From a virus, in the IMG/VR virus record IMGVR_UViG_3300021365_000005, positions 1-64,000 of that record: DNA of 64,000 bases; one strand, written 5' to 3'. Numbering within the stretch: position 1 is the first letter of the stretch; the number at the start of each line of letters is the position of its first letter. Position numbers and translations under genes: made by a program. Below the pieces are notes generated by a model that had not been told where the DNA came from, made no database searches, and saw nothing but the letters and a program-made list of their open reading frames with translations. Of this stretch, positions 1-9,257 are shown in pieces.

Positions 1-200
1 GCTTTGGATATATTGTGGTCTCCCACTTTTGTTTGCATATCGCCACGGGCTCCACTCATTAGGTGAAAGCCAGGGCCTACTGCTATAATTTCACCGACCA
101 TTGTTGCCTCTTGGGATGTATCGGGAATTATTACTCCGCCTGTTGTGATGTCTTGTGCATCTACAGGCTTTAAAACTACCTTATCGGAAATTGGTTTCAT
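1..200 (-). CDS. groES: Co-chaperonin GroES (partial, runs off the window edge; possible frameshift near nt 15-18)
   Basis: Not in the ORF track. Manual translation from ATG at 200 gives MKPISDKVVLKPVDAQDITTGGVIIPDTSQEATMVGEIIAVGPG...KVGD, with the GroES motifs KPxxDxV, TxGGIIxPD, GEIIAVGPG and KVGD. Confidence 0.9.
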   Translation of the reverse strand, partial: MKPISDKVVLKPVDAQDITTGGVIIPDTSQEATMVGEIIAVGPGFHLMSGARGDMQTKVGDHNISK

Positions 201-228
201 ATATATTACTCTTTTTTTAATTTAATAT

Positions 229-2691
229 TTAAGCTGGTTGGGATATCTTTTTAACATATCCTTTGTATGCATTAAGCATAGTTTTAACTTCTGGTATAAG
301 TGCGAACTCTTCTAGTTGCTCATAGATTTGTTTTTTAAAGTAGACATCATAATCAATGCTAAATACGTCTGGCCTTTCATCGATAAACTTAAGGTCCGCT
401 TCATTTAAGCATATTGCTTTTTGTCTGTCGCCTTTTTTTAGATCTGGTTCGCAATTAGACTTGATATAGAATAAGAATGGATTATCCTTATTAGTGATTT
501 CAATGCCTAATTTGTTGTTTGCCCACTTAGATGCTTTTACGTGCTGAGGCATAGTCTTTGTATACTCAGAAAATGGTTTTCCAAAAGCTTTGGCTATTCC
601 TAGATCAGCATATGGTATTGTTTCAATCTCTGCTCGTATCTGAAGTAGCCAATTTAAGTCTAATTCATTACGAACAGCTTTTTCAGCCATTTCATTAAGT
701 TTAGCCTTTAGGAATTCAGGAGTGTCTTTTCGGATTATATTTAACCCGCGAATAACTTTTTTATTATTTTCCCGAATAATACCGTAGTATCGCTTTTTAG
801 CTGAACTGAAATAGATATACTCTAGATCATACTCGAATTTAAGATCCATGTGCTGATAGTCCATATTAATGCCAGGATTATAGTGCTTAACGAAATTGTT
901 TTCGAGGTCCTTATTAAAGCCTATGAGTTTTTGTTCCATAGCTTCAGGAGTTTCACCTTCGGACCTAACAAAAATTGAATCTGTATCTCCATAGAGAGTT
1001 TTATGGCCCCGATCTTTAAAGTTGACTATAGCATACTTTAGAGCTTGTCTGGCAAAGAATGTGATAGCATCTGCACATTCATATGAGCATAACCTAAAAT
1101 AGTTAAAGCCCATTGCACCGTATGCTGAATTCATAATAAGCTTAAAAGCCCATTGTCTTTTGTGCATAGCATCGACTTGACTCTTATCATATTCGCCAGC
1201 TTTTAACTTTCTATTGATTTCCACTCTTTCGTGAAATAGGCCTTTTAAGGCTTGTGGCAATATACCTTGTTGGTGCGAGTGTGCATAGAATAGATAACGA
1301 CCCCCTATTAAGTCAGCTTGTTTACCTGTGTCTACATAGTCAATATTTTCTGCTTTTAACTGAGCTACAATATCTTCTATGTCCATTCCAGCTTCCATAC
1401 ATGCTTGCTCTGAAGCTATGAATGTTTCAGGGCTAATATTAAAAGCCATTATAGTTGTTGGGTATAGAGAAGTGTAGTCCATTACAGTAACATCCTCAGA
1501 CCTACCAGGTTCTGTAGGATCTATTACGATAGCACCTGCAAAAGGCTTCCGAGGAATTGTTCTTCGGGTTGGGAATATTAACTTATTGTGGAATTCCTTG
1601 ATGATGTAGTTGTCTACGATCATTGACTTAAAGAACACCAAAGAAAGAGATTCTAGATTAGCAATCTGTTGGATGGCTGTGTATAAGTCGAACATCTGGA
1701 TCTTATCATTAATCTCTTTTAAGATTTCAACGTCACGAATAGCGTAGCGAATAAACCCATCATAATCTTCGAGCCAATCACGCCAAGTAACATCAGTTAA
1801 CTTATCCAGATCAGGGTCACCTAAGATTTCCTTAGCAGCAGTAGCTAGCTTCCAGTTGGGTAGATTGTACCCCATGTCCTGAAGACCTGTCATCATATCT
1901 ACGTGGTCTAATCCACGAATAGCTGTTCTCCAGAATTCGCCACGTTTACGCATGTAGATGTCATTAATAGGCGATAGCATTTCAGCAGGTAAACCTAAGA
2001 CCTTACAACGATTAATAATGTATGGCATATCATAGCCATCAGAATACCAACCTGAAAGAATGTCTACCTTGCTTACTCTAACAAGGTTAAGGAATGCCAT
2101 AATCATTTCCTCTTCGGTCTTTGTGTAGATGTAGCTGACATTGCCCTTGTCTTCGAGCTTAGGCTCTTCTAAGTTAGCAGTGTGTTTGGGATGCCATGAC
2201 ATAACAAAGTACTGATCTTTTTCAGTTGAATATGTTACCAATGAAGTAATAGGCATTAAAGCCTTTTCGGGCTTATTCATAGACGAATCGTCAGGATCAT
2301 ACCATGTCTCAATGTCGTAGTACATGATATGTCGCTTAGTAGACCACTCTTGCTTATTGTCTAGAACATATTTGAATTCAGGCTTTACGTCTGCTTGAAA
2401 TACCTTGCCAGGATAGCTTTTTGATAGTTTGTTCTTTTCTTTAATCGAGCTATAGTAAACCCGTTGTACCATGTCTCCATGTAGGGTTTTATAGATTTTT
2501 GTATCATTACAATCGAATTGGTTCTTATCGTCAAGATCCGCAATATCTTCATACTTGTAGTAAAAGTAGTCCCGATATTTATCCACGTGTTCTTTATAGT
2601 TCCCTTCGGAATCATAACCGAACTTATGAATATTCCACATACCTTTATCGAATTTAGCGGCTATTCTTGAAAGTTTGAAATCCATGTGCAT
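229..2691 (-). CDS. polB: Family B DNA polymerase with 3'-5' exonuclease (T4 gp43-like)
   Basis: ExoI YYDIETW, motif A DYTSLYPTTI, motif B KLIMNSAYG, motif C YGDTDS. Confidence 0.97.
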   Translation of the reverse strand: MHMDFKLSRIAAKFDKGMWNIHKFGYDSEGNYKEHVDKYRDYFYYKYEDIADLDDKNQFDCNDTKIYKTLHGDMVQRVYYSSIKEKNKLSKSYPGKVFQADVKPEFKYVLDNKQEWSTKRHIMYYDIETWYDPDDSSMNKPEKALMPITSLVTYSTEKDQYFVMSWHPKHTANLEEPKLEDKGNVSYIYTKTEEEMIMAFLNLVRVSKVDILSGWYSDGYDMPYIINRCKVLGLPAEMLSPINDIYMRKRGEFWRTAIRGLDHVDMMTGLQDMGYNLPNWKLATAAKEILGDPDLDKLTDVTWRDWLEDYDGFIRYAIRDVEILKEINDKIQMFDLYTAIQQIANLESLSLVFFKSMIVDNYIIKEFHNKLIFPTRRTIPRKPFAGAIVIDPTEPGRSEDVTVMDYTSLYPTTIMAFNISPETFIASEQACMEAGMDIEDIVAQLKAENIDYVDTGKQADLIGGRYLFYAHSHQQGILPQALKGLFHERVEINRKLKAGEYDKSQVDAMHKRQWAFKLIMNSAYGAMGFNYFRLCSYECADAITFFARQALKYAIVNFKDRGHKTLYGDTDSIFVRSEGETPEAMEQKLIGFNKDLENNFVKHYNPGINMDYQHMDLKFEYDLEYIYFSSAKKRYYGIIRENNKKVIRGLNIIRKDTPEFLKAKLNEMAEKAVRNELDLNWLLQIRAEIETIPYADLGIAKAFGKPFSEYTKTMPQHVKASKWANNKLGIEITNKDNPFLFYIKSNCEPDLKKGDRQKAICLNEADLKFIDERPDVFSIDYDVYFKKQIYEQLEEFALIPEVKTMLNAYKGYVKKISQPA

Positions 2692-2714
2692 TCTTTTTTT
2701 GTTTGTTTATATAG

Positions 2715-2759
2715 CTAATATAAGGCTTATTTGGCTATTACTACGATAAAAAGCGTTAA
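2715..2759 (-). promoter_or_regulatory. Class B promoter (TTAACG-N6-ATCGTAGT-N7-AAATAAG-N3-TATATTAG) upstream of polB
   Basis: Four blocks identical in sequence and spacing to 13203-13247. Confidence 0.75.
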
Positions 2760-2768
2760 TTTTTAAGA

Positions 2769-3206
2769 TTATTTTTCGCCTGTGCTTCCGAACCCACCTT
2801 CGCCGCGAGTAGAGACTTCTGTATATAGATCTGCCTCAGGTACTTCCTGGAGGAATGGGTTACCTAATGGTAATAGTACAAATTGAACAATCTTATCTCC
2901 AGGATTAATAACTTGCTCATGTTCACCAACGTTGGTTAAGTTTATATGAACTTCACCTTGATAGCCATTATCAACTACGCAAGCTCCAACGTGCAGAGAC
3001 TTTTTAACTGCAACGCCAGACTTATTAAATGCAACTAAAGCAAATCCTTTGGGTACATTTACCTTGATTCCAGAAGCTATTAAGCAAGATTCTCCGGGGT
3101 TGATTCTTATCATTTTTTGATCTTCTGGTACGAAGAAATCTATACCAGCGTCTGTACTGTTTGCTCTGGTAGGAAGCTTTACATTTCTAATTTTTGATAT
3201 TTTCAT
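2769..3206 (-). CDS. dut: Trimeric dUTPase
   Basis: AGIDF, NKSG, VVDNGYQGEV, KIVQ and RGEGGFGSTG motifs. Confidence 0.93.
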   Translation of the reverse strand: MKISKIRNVKLPTRANSTDAGIDFFVPEDQKMIRINPGESCLIASGIKVNVPKGFALVAFNKSGVAVKKSLHVGACVVDNGYQGEVHINLTNVGEHEQVINPGDKIVQFVLLPLGNPFLQEVPEADLYTEVSTRGEGGFGSTGEK

Positions 3207-3949
3207 TATTTGTTCTTTTGTCTTAAAACTCCAAGTTCATTCTTGAAGACGTGTAGTGAAACTATATGCATATTAAAATAGCCTGGCTTGACATTTTCCC
3301 AGCCGGGCTCGCTTTTAAGTTGGTCTAGTATCCAGAATAACTTTCCGCAAGCTAGATATATATCATCTCTTAAGTGTCTTAAATAGTCACAAGATCTAAT
3401 ATAGTAAGTTAGATGCATAACATTATCTCTCCTAATAAAGTGATATCCTATTGTGCATGGTACTCTTTCACCATGGGTTGCTCCGGTGTCTTCTGGGAAC
3501 CACATTGGTAGAAATGCTTGCCTAGTAAATGGCTCTTTGCGTAGCATATCTACTACGTCACCCATATTACCATAATCATAGCGTATACCTTTTAATTTTG
3601 GAGACCATAATCTTTCTGGATATGTATGACTGAATTTCTCATCAGCTTTAAATTGCTTATTTCCTCTTTGGGCAAAAGGCCACCATTCATTACTTGGAGG
3701 AGGATTTAAAGGTTCGCCACCTACCCTTTCCTGTAAGTGGTCCTTAGCCCATGGGAGGTTTGGCCGAACTTCATCAATCACTTGTACCATATTGTCAGGT
3801 ATAACAAATTTGATAGTGTGATTTAGAAGTTCGACCATTGGTTGTTCAACATCAATAGATTGCCACTTGCCTGAAAATACTTCTACTCCATTTTGGTGAA
3901 GCTTTTCTTTTGCAAATCTAATGGCATCTTTTGGCTTTGTGAACATCAT
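3206..3949 (-). CDS. Thymidylate synthase superfamily enzyme, dCMP-type (hydroxymethylase/methylase-like)
   Basis: TRQA, catalytic PCT, RSCDYLRHLRDD and SLHVF motifs; Asp at the position equivalent to ThyA Asn177. Confidence 0.85.
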   Translation of the reverse strand: MMFTKPKDAIRFAKEKLHQNGVEVFSGKWQSIDVEQPMVELLNHTIKFVIPDNMVQVIDEVRPNLPWAKDHLQERVGGEPLNPPPSNEWWPFAQRGNKQFKADEKFSHTYPERLWSPKLKGIRYDYGNMGDVVDMLRKEPFTRQAFLPMWFPEDTGATHGERVPCTIGYHFIRRDNVMHLTYYIRSCDYLRHLRDDIYLACGKLFWILDQLKSEPGWENVKPGYFNMHIVSLHVFKNELGVLRQKNK

Positions 3950-5310
3950 TTTTCAGTGTGATAATCTACGAACAAATCTAATACTTTTTTGCGGTATTGC
4001 ATTTGGTCTTTTTTAATACTAGGATTTTTTAGGGGAGCTTTAATTCTGTCAAGAATCTTTTTTGGGATATCATCCTTAAAGGCTTCTTTCAATATAGACT
4101 TATGAGTTCTATCTTTTAGATCTAAAGATCTAGCAAACCTAACAACTTCATGACCTAGAAATGGAGATCTTAATTCTATAGTATGAGCCATAGACATACG
4201 GTCTAATCTAGGTAGGTGATAGTATGTTAATTCGTCAAAAATATCAGACCCTTGGGAATCATACTCATCTATTCTGCGGTAGCCTCCAAATAACTCATCA
4301 GCACCGTCTCCAGATATAACTATTCTATGTCCAGTTTTAGCAACTGCTTCAAATAGGTGGTATTGAGGAATTACAGACCCTAGGTCAATTGGAGTTTCAT
4401 TCCACTTGCAATATATTTCAGATAGCTTTGTTTTATCCTCTAAATCATAAGTTAGCCTTTTGACCTTTATTCCCCAGTGGTCTTCACATAGGCTTACATA
4501 CTCATCTTCTCCGTTGGAAATAGTGTAGTATGTAACATCTGCTTTTAACTCTTCTAGTATTGATGTTATGATTGTTGAGTCAAGCCCACCAGATAGTAAA
4601 ACTGATATTGGGTAGTTTTTAGATAGTAGTCTTCGCTTAACAGACTCGACTAAAATTTCTTTTAGACTTCCAGATGGCGACTCATTAAGTAAAGTCCAGT
4701 TTTCTGCAGTTCTCATATAACGAGGTTGTCCGAAACGATAATTATACCAGAATCTTGGGTCTAGTCTTTTTATTCTATTCCAAGGAGTTCGACAGTCATG
4801 GTTATAGCCAAACTTATGTATTGCCCCAATATATGAATCATCTATAGTATCATAGGGTCTAATTAAAGGTTCAATTTCTGAACATATTTCTCCATGGGTA
4901 TTTACATATAACTGTTTTTTGCCTAAAGGGTCATTCATTGCAGTTATCATTTTAGTTTTAGCATCATAGAGAACTATAGACCAAAACCCATCCCAGTTAG
5001 AAATATCATCCTTATACATAGAAATTTTCTCTAGATCAATAGATCCTATAGTTGCGAAAAAATCTACTAGATATTCTGTGTCTGAACTAAATTTTTCGGT
5101 ATCATAGTTAAAAATTTCACCATTAAATAGTAGGTATAAGTCTGGGGCATATTCATATGGCATAGCCCATTTGTCATTATCTACAGTTTGAATTGGAAGC
5201 CTATGGTGTGACAATCTTATATGATCGACCATTATAGTCTTGTGTTCTGTTCCTCGGTGACTTATAAGGTGAGATCTATCAGGACCTCCTGAAATTGATA
5301 TTCCACACAT
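3946..5310 (-). CDS. Asparagine synthetase B-like glutamine amidotransferase (Ntn + PP-loop); true start probably MCGI at 5310
   Basis: MCGI, HRG, FNGEIFNY, SDTE, LLSGGLDS, SGDGADELFGGY and DRMSMAHTIELRSPFL; ATG at 5310 lies 1 nt after the upstream stop. Confidence 0.9.
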   Translation of the reverse strand: MCGISISGGPDRSHLISHRGTEHKTIMVDHIRLSHHRLPIQTVDNDKWAMPYEYAPDLYLLFNGEIFNYDTEKFSSDTEYLVDFFATIGSIDLEKISMYKDDISNWDGFWSIVLYDAKTKMITAMNDPLGKKQLYVNTHGEICSEIEPLIRPYDTIDDSYIGAIHKFGYNHDCRTPWNRIKRLDPRFWYNYRFGQPRYMRTAENWTLLNESPSGSLKEILVESVKRRLLSKNYPISVLLSGGLDSTIITSILEELKADVTYYTISNGEDEYVSLCEDHWGIKVKRLTYDLEDKTKLSEIYCKWNETPIDLGSVIPQYHLFEAVAKTGHRIVISGDGADELFGGYRRIDEYDSQGSDIFDELTYYHLPRLDRMSMAHTIELRSPFLGHEVVRFARSLDLKDRTHKSILKEAFKDDIPKKILDRIKAPLKNPSIKKDQMQYRKKVLDLFVDYHTEK

Positions 5311-5311
5311 T

Positions 5312-5851
5312 TTAATTTTCCTCATTTAAAAGTTCACGGAAATCAAGTGATGAAAACATTGTGAACTCGTTTGCGAATCTAGTTATTTTTAAATTTGGAA
5401 GTGCTTCATGAAGCTCAGACAATAACTCTTCATATAATAAGACTTCTTTATTTTTAGACGAGTCATCCCAAACGTCTTTTGCCCCACGTTCACGAGGATT
5501 AGTACCATGAATATATATTATTTCAGTCTCATCAAATAATCCTTCGTTAGCAAAAGTCCAGAGCTGTTTAACAGCTTCATCCATAGTTATCCTATTTTCC
5601 ATTACCCCCCAAACTAAAACCGTAAGTATTCCTCGGTCAATATATAGTTTTTTTGTAATGTGCTTATCACGGTTTAAGTGGTGCAGCATTATTTCTTTAC
5701 TAATAGCAAATTGGTGTGTGCCCAAATCATTATTGCTTAACTTAAGTTTTCCATACCAAAAAGGAAATGGAAACTTATAAGTCTTAATGTGTGCTTGCTG
5801 CAGTAAGTAAGTTTTGCCAGTGTTTCTGGCCCCTTCAATCAATTTTAACAT
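5312..5851 (-). CDS. dNMP / thymidylate kinase-like P-loop kinase
   Basis: IEGARNTGKT Walker A and YIDRG motif; size 179 aa. Confidence 0.8.
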   Translation of the reverse strand: MLKLIEGARNTGKTYLLQQAHIKTYKFPFPFWYGKLKLSNNDLGTHQFAISKEIMLHHLNRDKHITKKLYIDRGILTVLVWGVMENRITMDEAVKQLWTFANEGLFDETEIIYIHGTNPRERGAKDVWDDSSKNKEVLLYEELLSELHEALPNLKITRFANEFTMFSSLDFRELLNEEN

Positions 5852-5877
5852 CTATAACTTTTATTTATTGTATACTA

Positions 5878-5927
5878 CAAATATACGAAACTATTGGTGA
5901 TATAAAAAATATATCACAGGGTATTTC
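5878..5927 (-). promoter_or_regulatory. Class A promoter (host-type TATATTTG -7 element plus upstream A/T boxes) for the kinase-AsnB-TS-dut operon
   Basis: Coding strand reads GAAATACCC...ATTTTTTAT...TTTCGTATATTTG, an exact match to Bacteroidota TAnnTTTG. Confidence 0.75.
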
Positions 5928-5969
5928 ACAATAGCCCGTAATATATTCTCGTTATCCAGTCGTCACGTC

Positions 5970-7838
5970 TCATAAAGCTTCTACTGTGCAGCTTCCGCCG
6001 CTACAAGCTAATTCCCCTGATAGGTCTGTATTGTCTTCCATTTCTACTACACGGGTAAGATCTATAGAATTTAAAGATTCTATCATTGACTCATACTGGG
6101 CTTTAGTTATGTCTTCAAATGGGGCTTGAACGTATGTTCCTCCATCATGTGGTAGTACTGATAATCCATTATAAGATTCTCTGTTTTCCCACATCCACTC
6201 TCCGACTGGTTCCCAATCCTTTTCTTTAAGAGAAACTGTTGCAGATACGTTGTGGGTATTAGATCCGTTTCTATGTCCAGGTTTAACCCATTCTGTAGCT
6301 ACCTTTTTGATTCTTTCTAATAGATCGAGAGGTTTTTCTGTACGAAGGATTGCTCCTCGGGGAGCTTTCTGAGGTATACTAATGACCGCAGTGTCATGGG
6401 CTCTAAAATAGTCATCTTCAACTAATTCCGGATGGTACTCCATTAAATATCCATAAATAGCTTCGTTTTTACCAACGCGAAGTCTTCGGATATAATATGT
6501 ATTGTGCCATGCATGAATTCCAGAGGATGTTCCTAGTACTAATGATGTTGTTCCTGCAGGCTTTACCGTAGTTATTCTTGCTGCTGGATTAATACCTAAT
6601 ATTTTAGCCATTCTAGTATTTTCTCTTTTTGCTATGCTTGAAGCTTTTTTAAGATCATACTTTAATACTTCACCAGATCCAATACCAGTCATTGAAACCC
6701 CTACCAAAGCATCTTTTTCTGTGGTCTCTTTCCAGACTTCTCTAAGGTAGTGAAAGTCTGTATATGAAGCTTGGATAGTTCCAATAAATGAAGCTACTTT
6801 AACCCTTTTATTAAAATCTTCTTGAGATTCTATATTAGATACATTTACTTCGCATAGGTTACAAAACTGATAAGGTCGAAGAGCAATTTCGCAACAAGGA
6901 TTAGTTCCCCAGTCTTTATCATTTGACAAGTAAATTCCTGGCTCTCCAGCTCCAGATAACTCTACACGCTTCCATAAGTCCATAAAAAATTCTTTTGTTA
7001 TTTTATGACGCATTAGGACTGCTGAATTGTTTGCACGACCTCGCTGGGCATTTAGTTCCCACCAATTTCCAGATTTACAAGAAATCATTTTTTCATCTGT
7101 AGCTGTAAATAGGCTAATAAGAGCTGCTCTTCGAATACCACCAGCTAGTACTGCGTCTGCAATATGGCAAACAATATCATGTACTTCTAGTGTTGATAGT
7201 CTGTCGCCTTCTAACTTAGCCTCAAGAATACCTTCGATTTTTAAAATGCACTCTTTTAGTGGCTGAGGTCCTGGGGCTTTACCACCTGATGTTACTAGCA
7301 TTGCACCTTTAGGTCTGATATCCGAATAGTCAAATTTAATCCTGGATCCTCTTTTGTTTCCTAGGAATGACTTCATAAGTACCTTAATAGCATCTGCCCA
7401 TCCTTCTATAGAATCTCCTATTACAAACCTTCGTTCCCGTTTTGGGAATGGCTTTAAAACGTGGGGTAATTGATCTACGTGATGGTTTTGCACACTATAG
7501 CCAACTCCACAGCCACTAAGTAATAAAAACATTGTTTCACTAAAAGAGTCAATATGATCTATAGGCAAATAGCTGCAATTATAAAGTCTGTTAGGAGAAA
7601 TTTCTATCGGACGACCTCCGAATTGTAAGCTTCGCATAGATGGCAATACTTTTTTAGAATATACAAATTTATAACATTCTTCTATTTCCTTAGCCAAGTC
7701 AGGGAATTTTTTTATATGCATAGCTTTGTTGCGATCTACTAGCTCTTCCCATGTTTCCCTTCTATTTTCATCGGGTGTGTATTTTGCATACTTCATATGC
7801 ACTGTCAAATCAGACAGGATTTTATTCGATATATTCAT
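5970..7838 (-). CDS. nrdJ: Ribonucleotide reductase, class II (B12-dependent, RTPR/NrdJ-like)
   Basis: GTNPCCEI, CNL, TTVKPAGTTSLV and C-terminal ACSGGSC; no beta subunit nearby. Confidence 0.88.
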   Translation of the reverse strand: MNISNKILSDLTVHMKYAKYTPDENRRETWEELVDRNKAMHIKKFPDLAKEIEECYKFVYSKKVLPSMRSLQFGGRPIEISPNRLYNCSYLPIDHIDSFSETMFLLLSGCGVGYSVQNHHVDQLPHVLKPFPKRERRFVIGDSIEGWADAIKVLMKSFLGNKRGSRIKFDYSDIRPKGAMLVTSGGKAPGPQPLKECILKIEGILEAKLEGDRLSTLEVHDIVCHIADAVLAGGIRRAALISLFTATDEKMISCKSGNWWELNAQRGRANNSAVLMRHKITKEFFMDLWKRVELSGAGEPGIYLSNDKDWGTNPCCEIALRPYQFCNLCEVNVSNIESQEDFNKRVKVASFIGTIQASYTDFHYLREVWKETTEKDALVGVSMTGIGSGEVLKYDLKKASSIAKRENTRMAKILGINPAARITTVKPAGTTSLVLGTSSGIHAWHNTYYIRRLRVGKNEAIYGYLMEYHPELVEDDYFRAHDTAVISIPQKAPRGAILRTEKPLDLLERIKKVATEWVKPGHRNGSNTHNVSATVSLKEKDWEPVGEWMWENRESYNGLSVLPHDGGTYVQAPFEDITKAQYESMIESLNSIDLTRVVEMEDNTDLSGELACSGGSCTVEAL

Positions 7839-7870
7839 AAACTATATTTCCTCTAGTAAATTGGTGTAGT

Positions 7871-7880
7871 AATAAATATC
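7871..7880 (-). promoter_or_regulatory. Late-type motif (GATATTTATT) upstream of nrdJ
   Basis: One-mismatch variant of the recurrent intergenic KATATTTATA motif. Confidence 0.5.
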
Positions 7881-7894
7881 CACATATGTGTATA

Positions 7895-9250
7895 TTACTT
7901 TGGTTGTGCTTCGTTTAATTCGGTAAATTTTTGAGCCAACATTTTTCTCATAAATTCGCTACTTCCATTTATTTGTTGTTGAGTTTCTTGGCCCTGCAAT
8001 GTGCTAGCTTCAAATATTTCTATCATTCCATTCGAAGCATTTATTTTGCTTGGTAGGGTTATACCATCTGGACCAAATCTATTTTTAATAACGTGCCATC
8101 GACCTGTTCCAGCAACCTTATCTTCAATCTTACGGGATAAAGATGCTACAAAGTCGGCTGTCATAATTTTTGAATAATCCTCTGCAATTTTATCTGCTTG
8201 GATTACATCTTCTTGTAATGCCGACCTATTGGCCTGAGAGGCCGTCCAAATTGGTATTTGGTATTCTCCTGCCATACCTCTAAGGTCTTCATATATATTT
8301 CCAATCTCAAATCTTTTTTCTTTGCCTTGACCTTTTAGTAGGTCTGCATAGTCTACTATTATTAGATCTGGTTTTTTATCATTAATTCTGCATCTTTCTA
8401 GGTGAGCACCTAAAGCGTTAACCCCAGCGCCTTTTGTTGGATAGTATTTAATTGTTAATTCTCCAGGTAGTTCGCCTACTATTTTAGCAACTTTTTCTTG
8501 GTGAAACCGTAAGTCTTGAGCAGCTATTCCTGTAAATACTGAATCATATCGTAGCCCTACATAATGTTCATTTAACTCTAAAGTATAATGGACTACATTA
8601 AGGCCCGCTTTAACAGCATTTGCTCCTATATTAACTAAGGCCCAAGATTTTCCAATACCAGCTGGTGCTACTATAACTCCCAATTCCCCACTGCCAAGTC
8701 CACCGTCAGCTAAATCGTCAATAACACTCCAACCAGTAGTAACAGTATTTCTTACAGACTCTTCATACCTTAAAGCTATTTCTGTATTATAATCGTGACC
8801 AAGGTTTTTTTCTACTCCTGCTTTCATTGCATCATCAATCTTAACTTTAATGGCATCAAACTCACCATGCTGTAGCAGATCTACAGATTCAACTATGGCT
8901 TTTTTCAAAGCTTGATTTTTACAAAAGTCTAATGTTTTAGTCTTAACAAATTCTAGGTCAGTTGCCTCAAATTGTTTGTAGATATCCTTTAAATGGGATT
9001 TAATCGTTTCAACTAATAAAGCATTTTCAATTTCATCTAATTGTACTTTCATTACTTCCATAGTCGGAGCATCTTTATACTCTTGGAAGTATTCCATTAT
9101 TGTGCCAATTATAAACTGATTTGCTTCAGACTCGAAAAACTTAACATCGAGGATGTCAGAAATTTGTTGTAGAAATAGGCGGTCTGTAAAAAGGGAGGAT
9201 ATTAACTTTATTTGAAAGTTGTACCCCCAATCGGAAATTCTATCGGTCAT
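7895..9250 (-). CDS. DnaB-like replicative helicase (gp41-like)
   Basis: APAGIGKS Walker A, YTLEL, IIVDYADLL, WTASQANR, IKNRFGPDG. Confidence 0.95.
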   Translation of the reverse strand: MTDRISDWGYNFQIKLISSLFTDRLFLQQISDILDVKFFESEANQFIIGTIMEYFQEYKDAPTMEVMKVQLDEIENALLVETIKSHLKDIYKQFEATDLEFVKTKTLDFCKNQALKKAIVESVDLLQHGEFDAIKVKIDDAMKAGVEKNLGHDYNTEIALRYEESVRNTVTTGWSVIDDLADGGLGSGELGVIVAPAGIGKSWALVNIGANAVKAGLNVVHYTLELNEHYVGLRYDSVFTGIAAQDLRFHQEKVAKIVGELPGELTIKYYPTKGAGVNALGAHLERCRINDKKPDLIIVDYADLLKGQGKEKRFEIGNIYEDLRGMAGEYQIPIWTASQANRSALQEDVIQADKIAEDYSKIMTADFVASLSRKIEDKVAGTGRWHVIKNRFGPDGITLPSKINASNGMIEIFEASTLQGQETQQQINGSSEFMRKMLAQKFTELNEAQPK

Positions 9251-9257
9251 GGATATC

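Noticed and set aside
3206-3949. Ordinary thymidylate synthase (thyA)
   Set aside because: It lacks PCH and the GLPFN Asn; it has Asp at the base-specificity position, as in dCMP-modifying enzymes.
3946-5310. AsnB as an amino-acid-metabolism auxiliary gene
   Set aside because: Not excluded biochemically, but its translational coupling between a dNMP kinase and a TS homolog argues for a nucleotide substrate.
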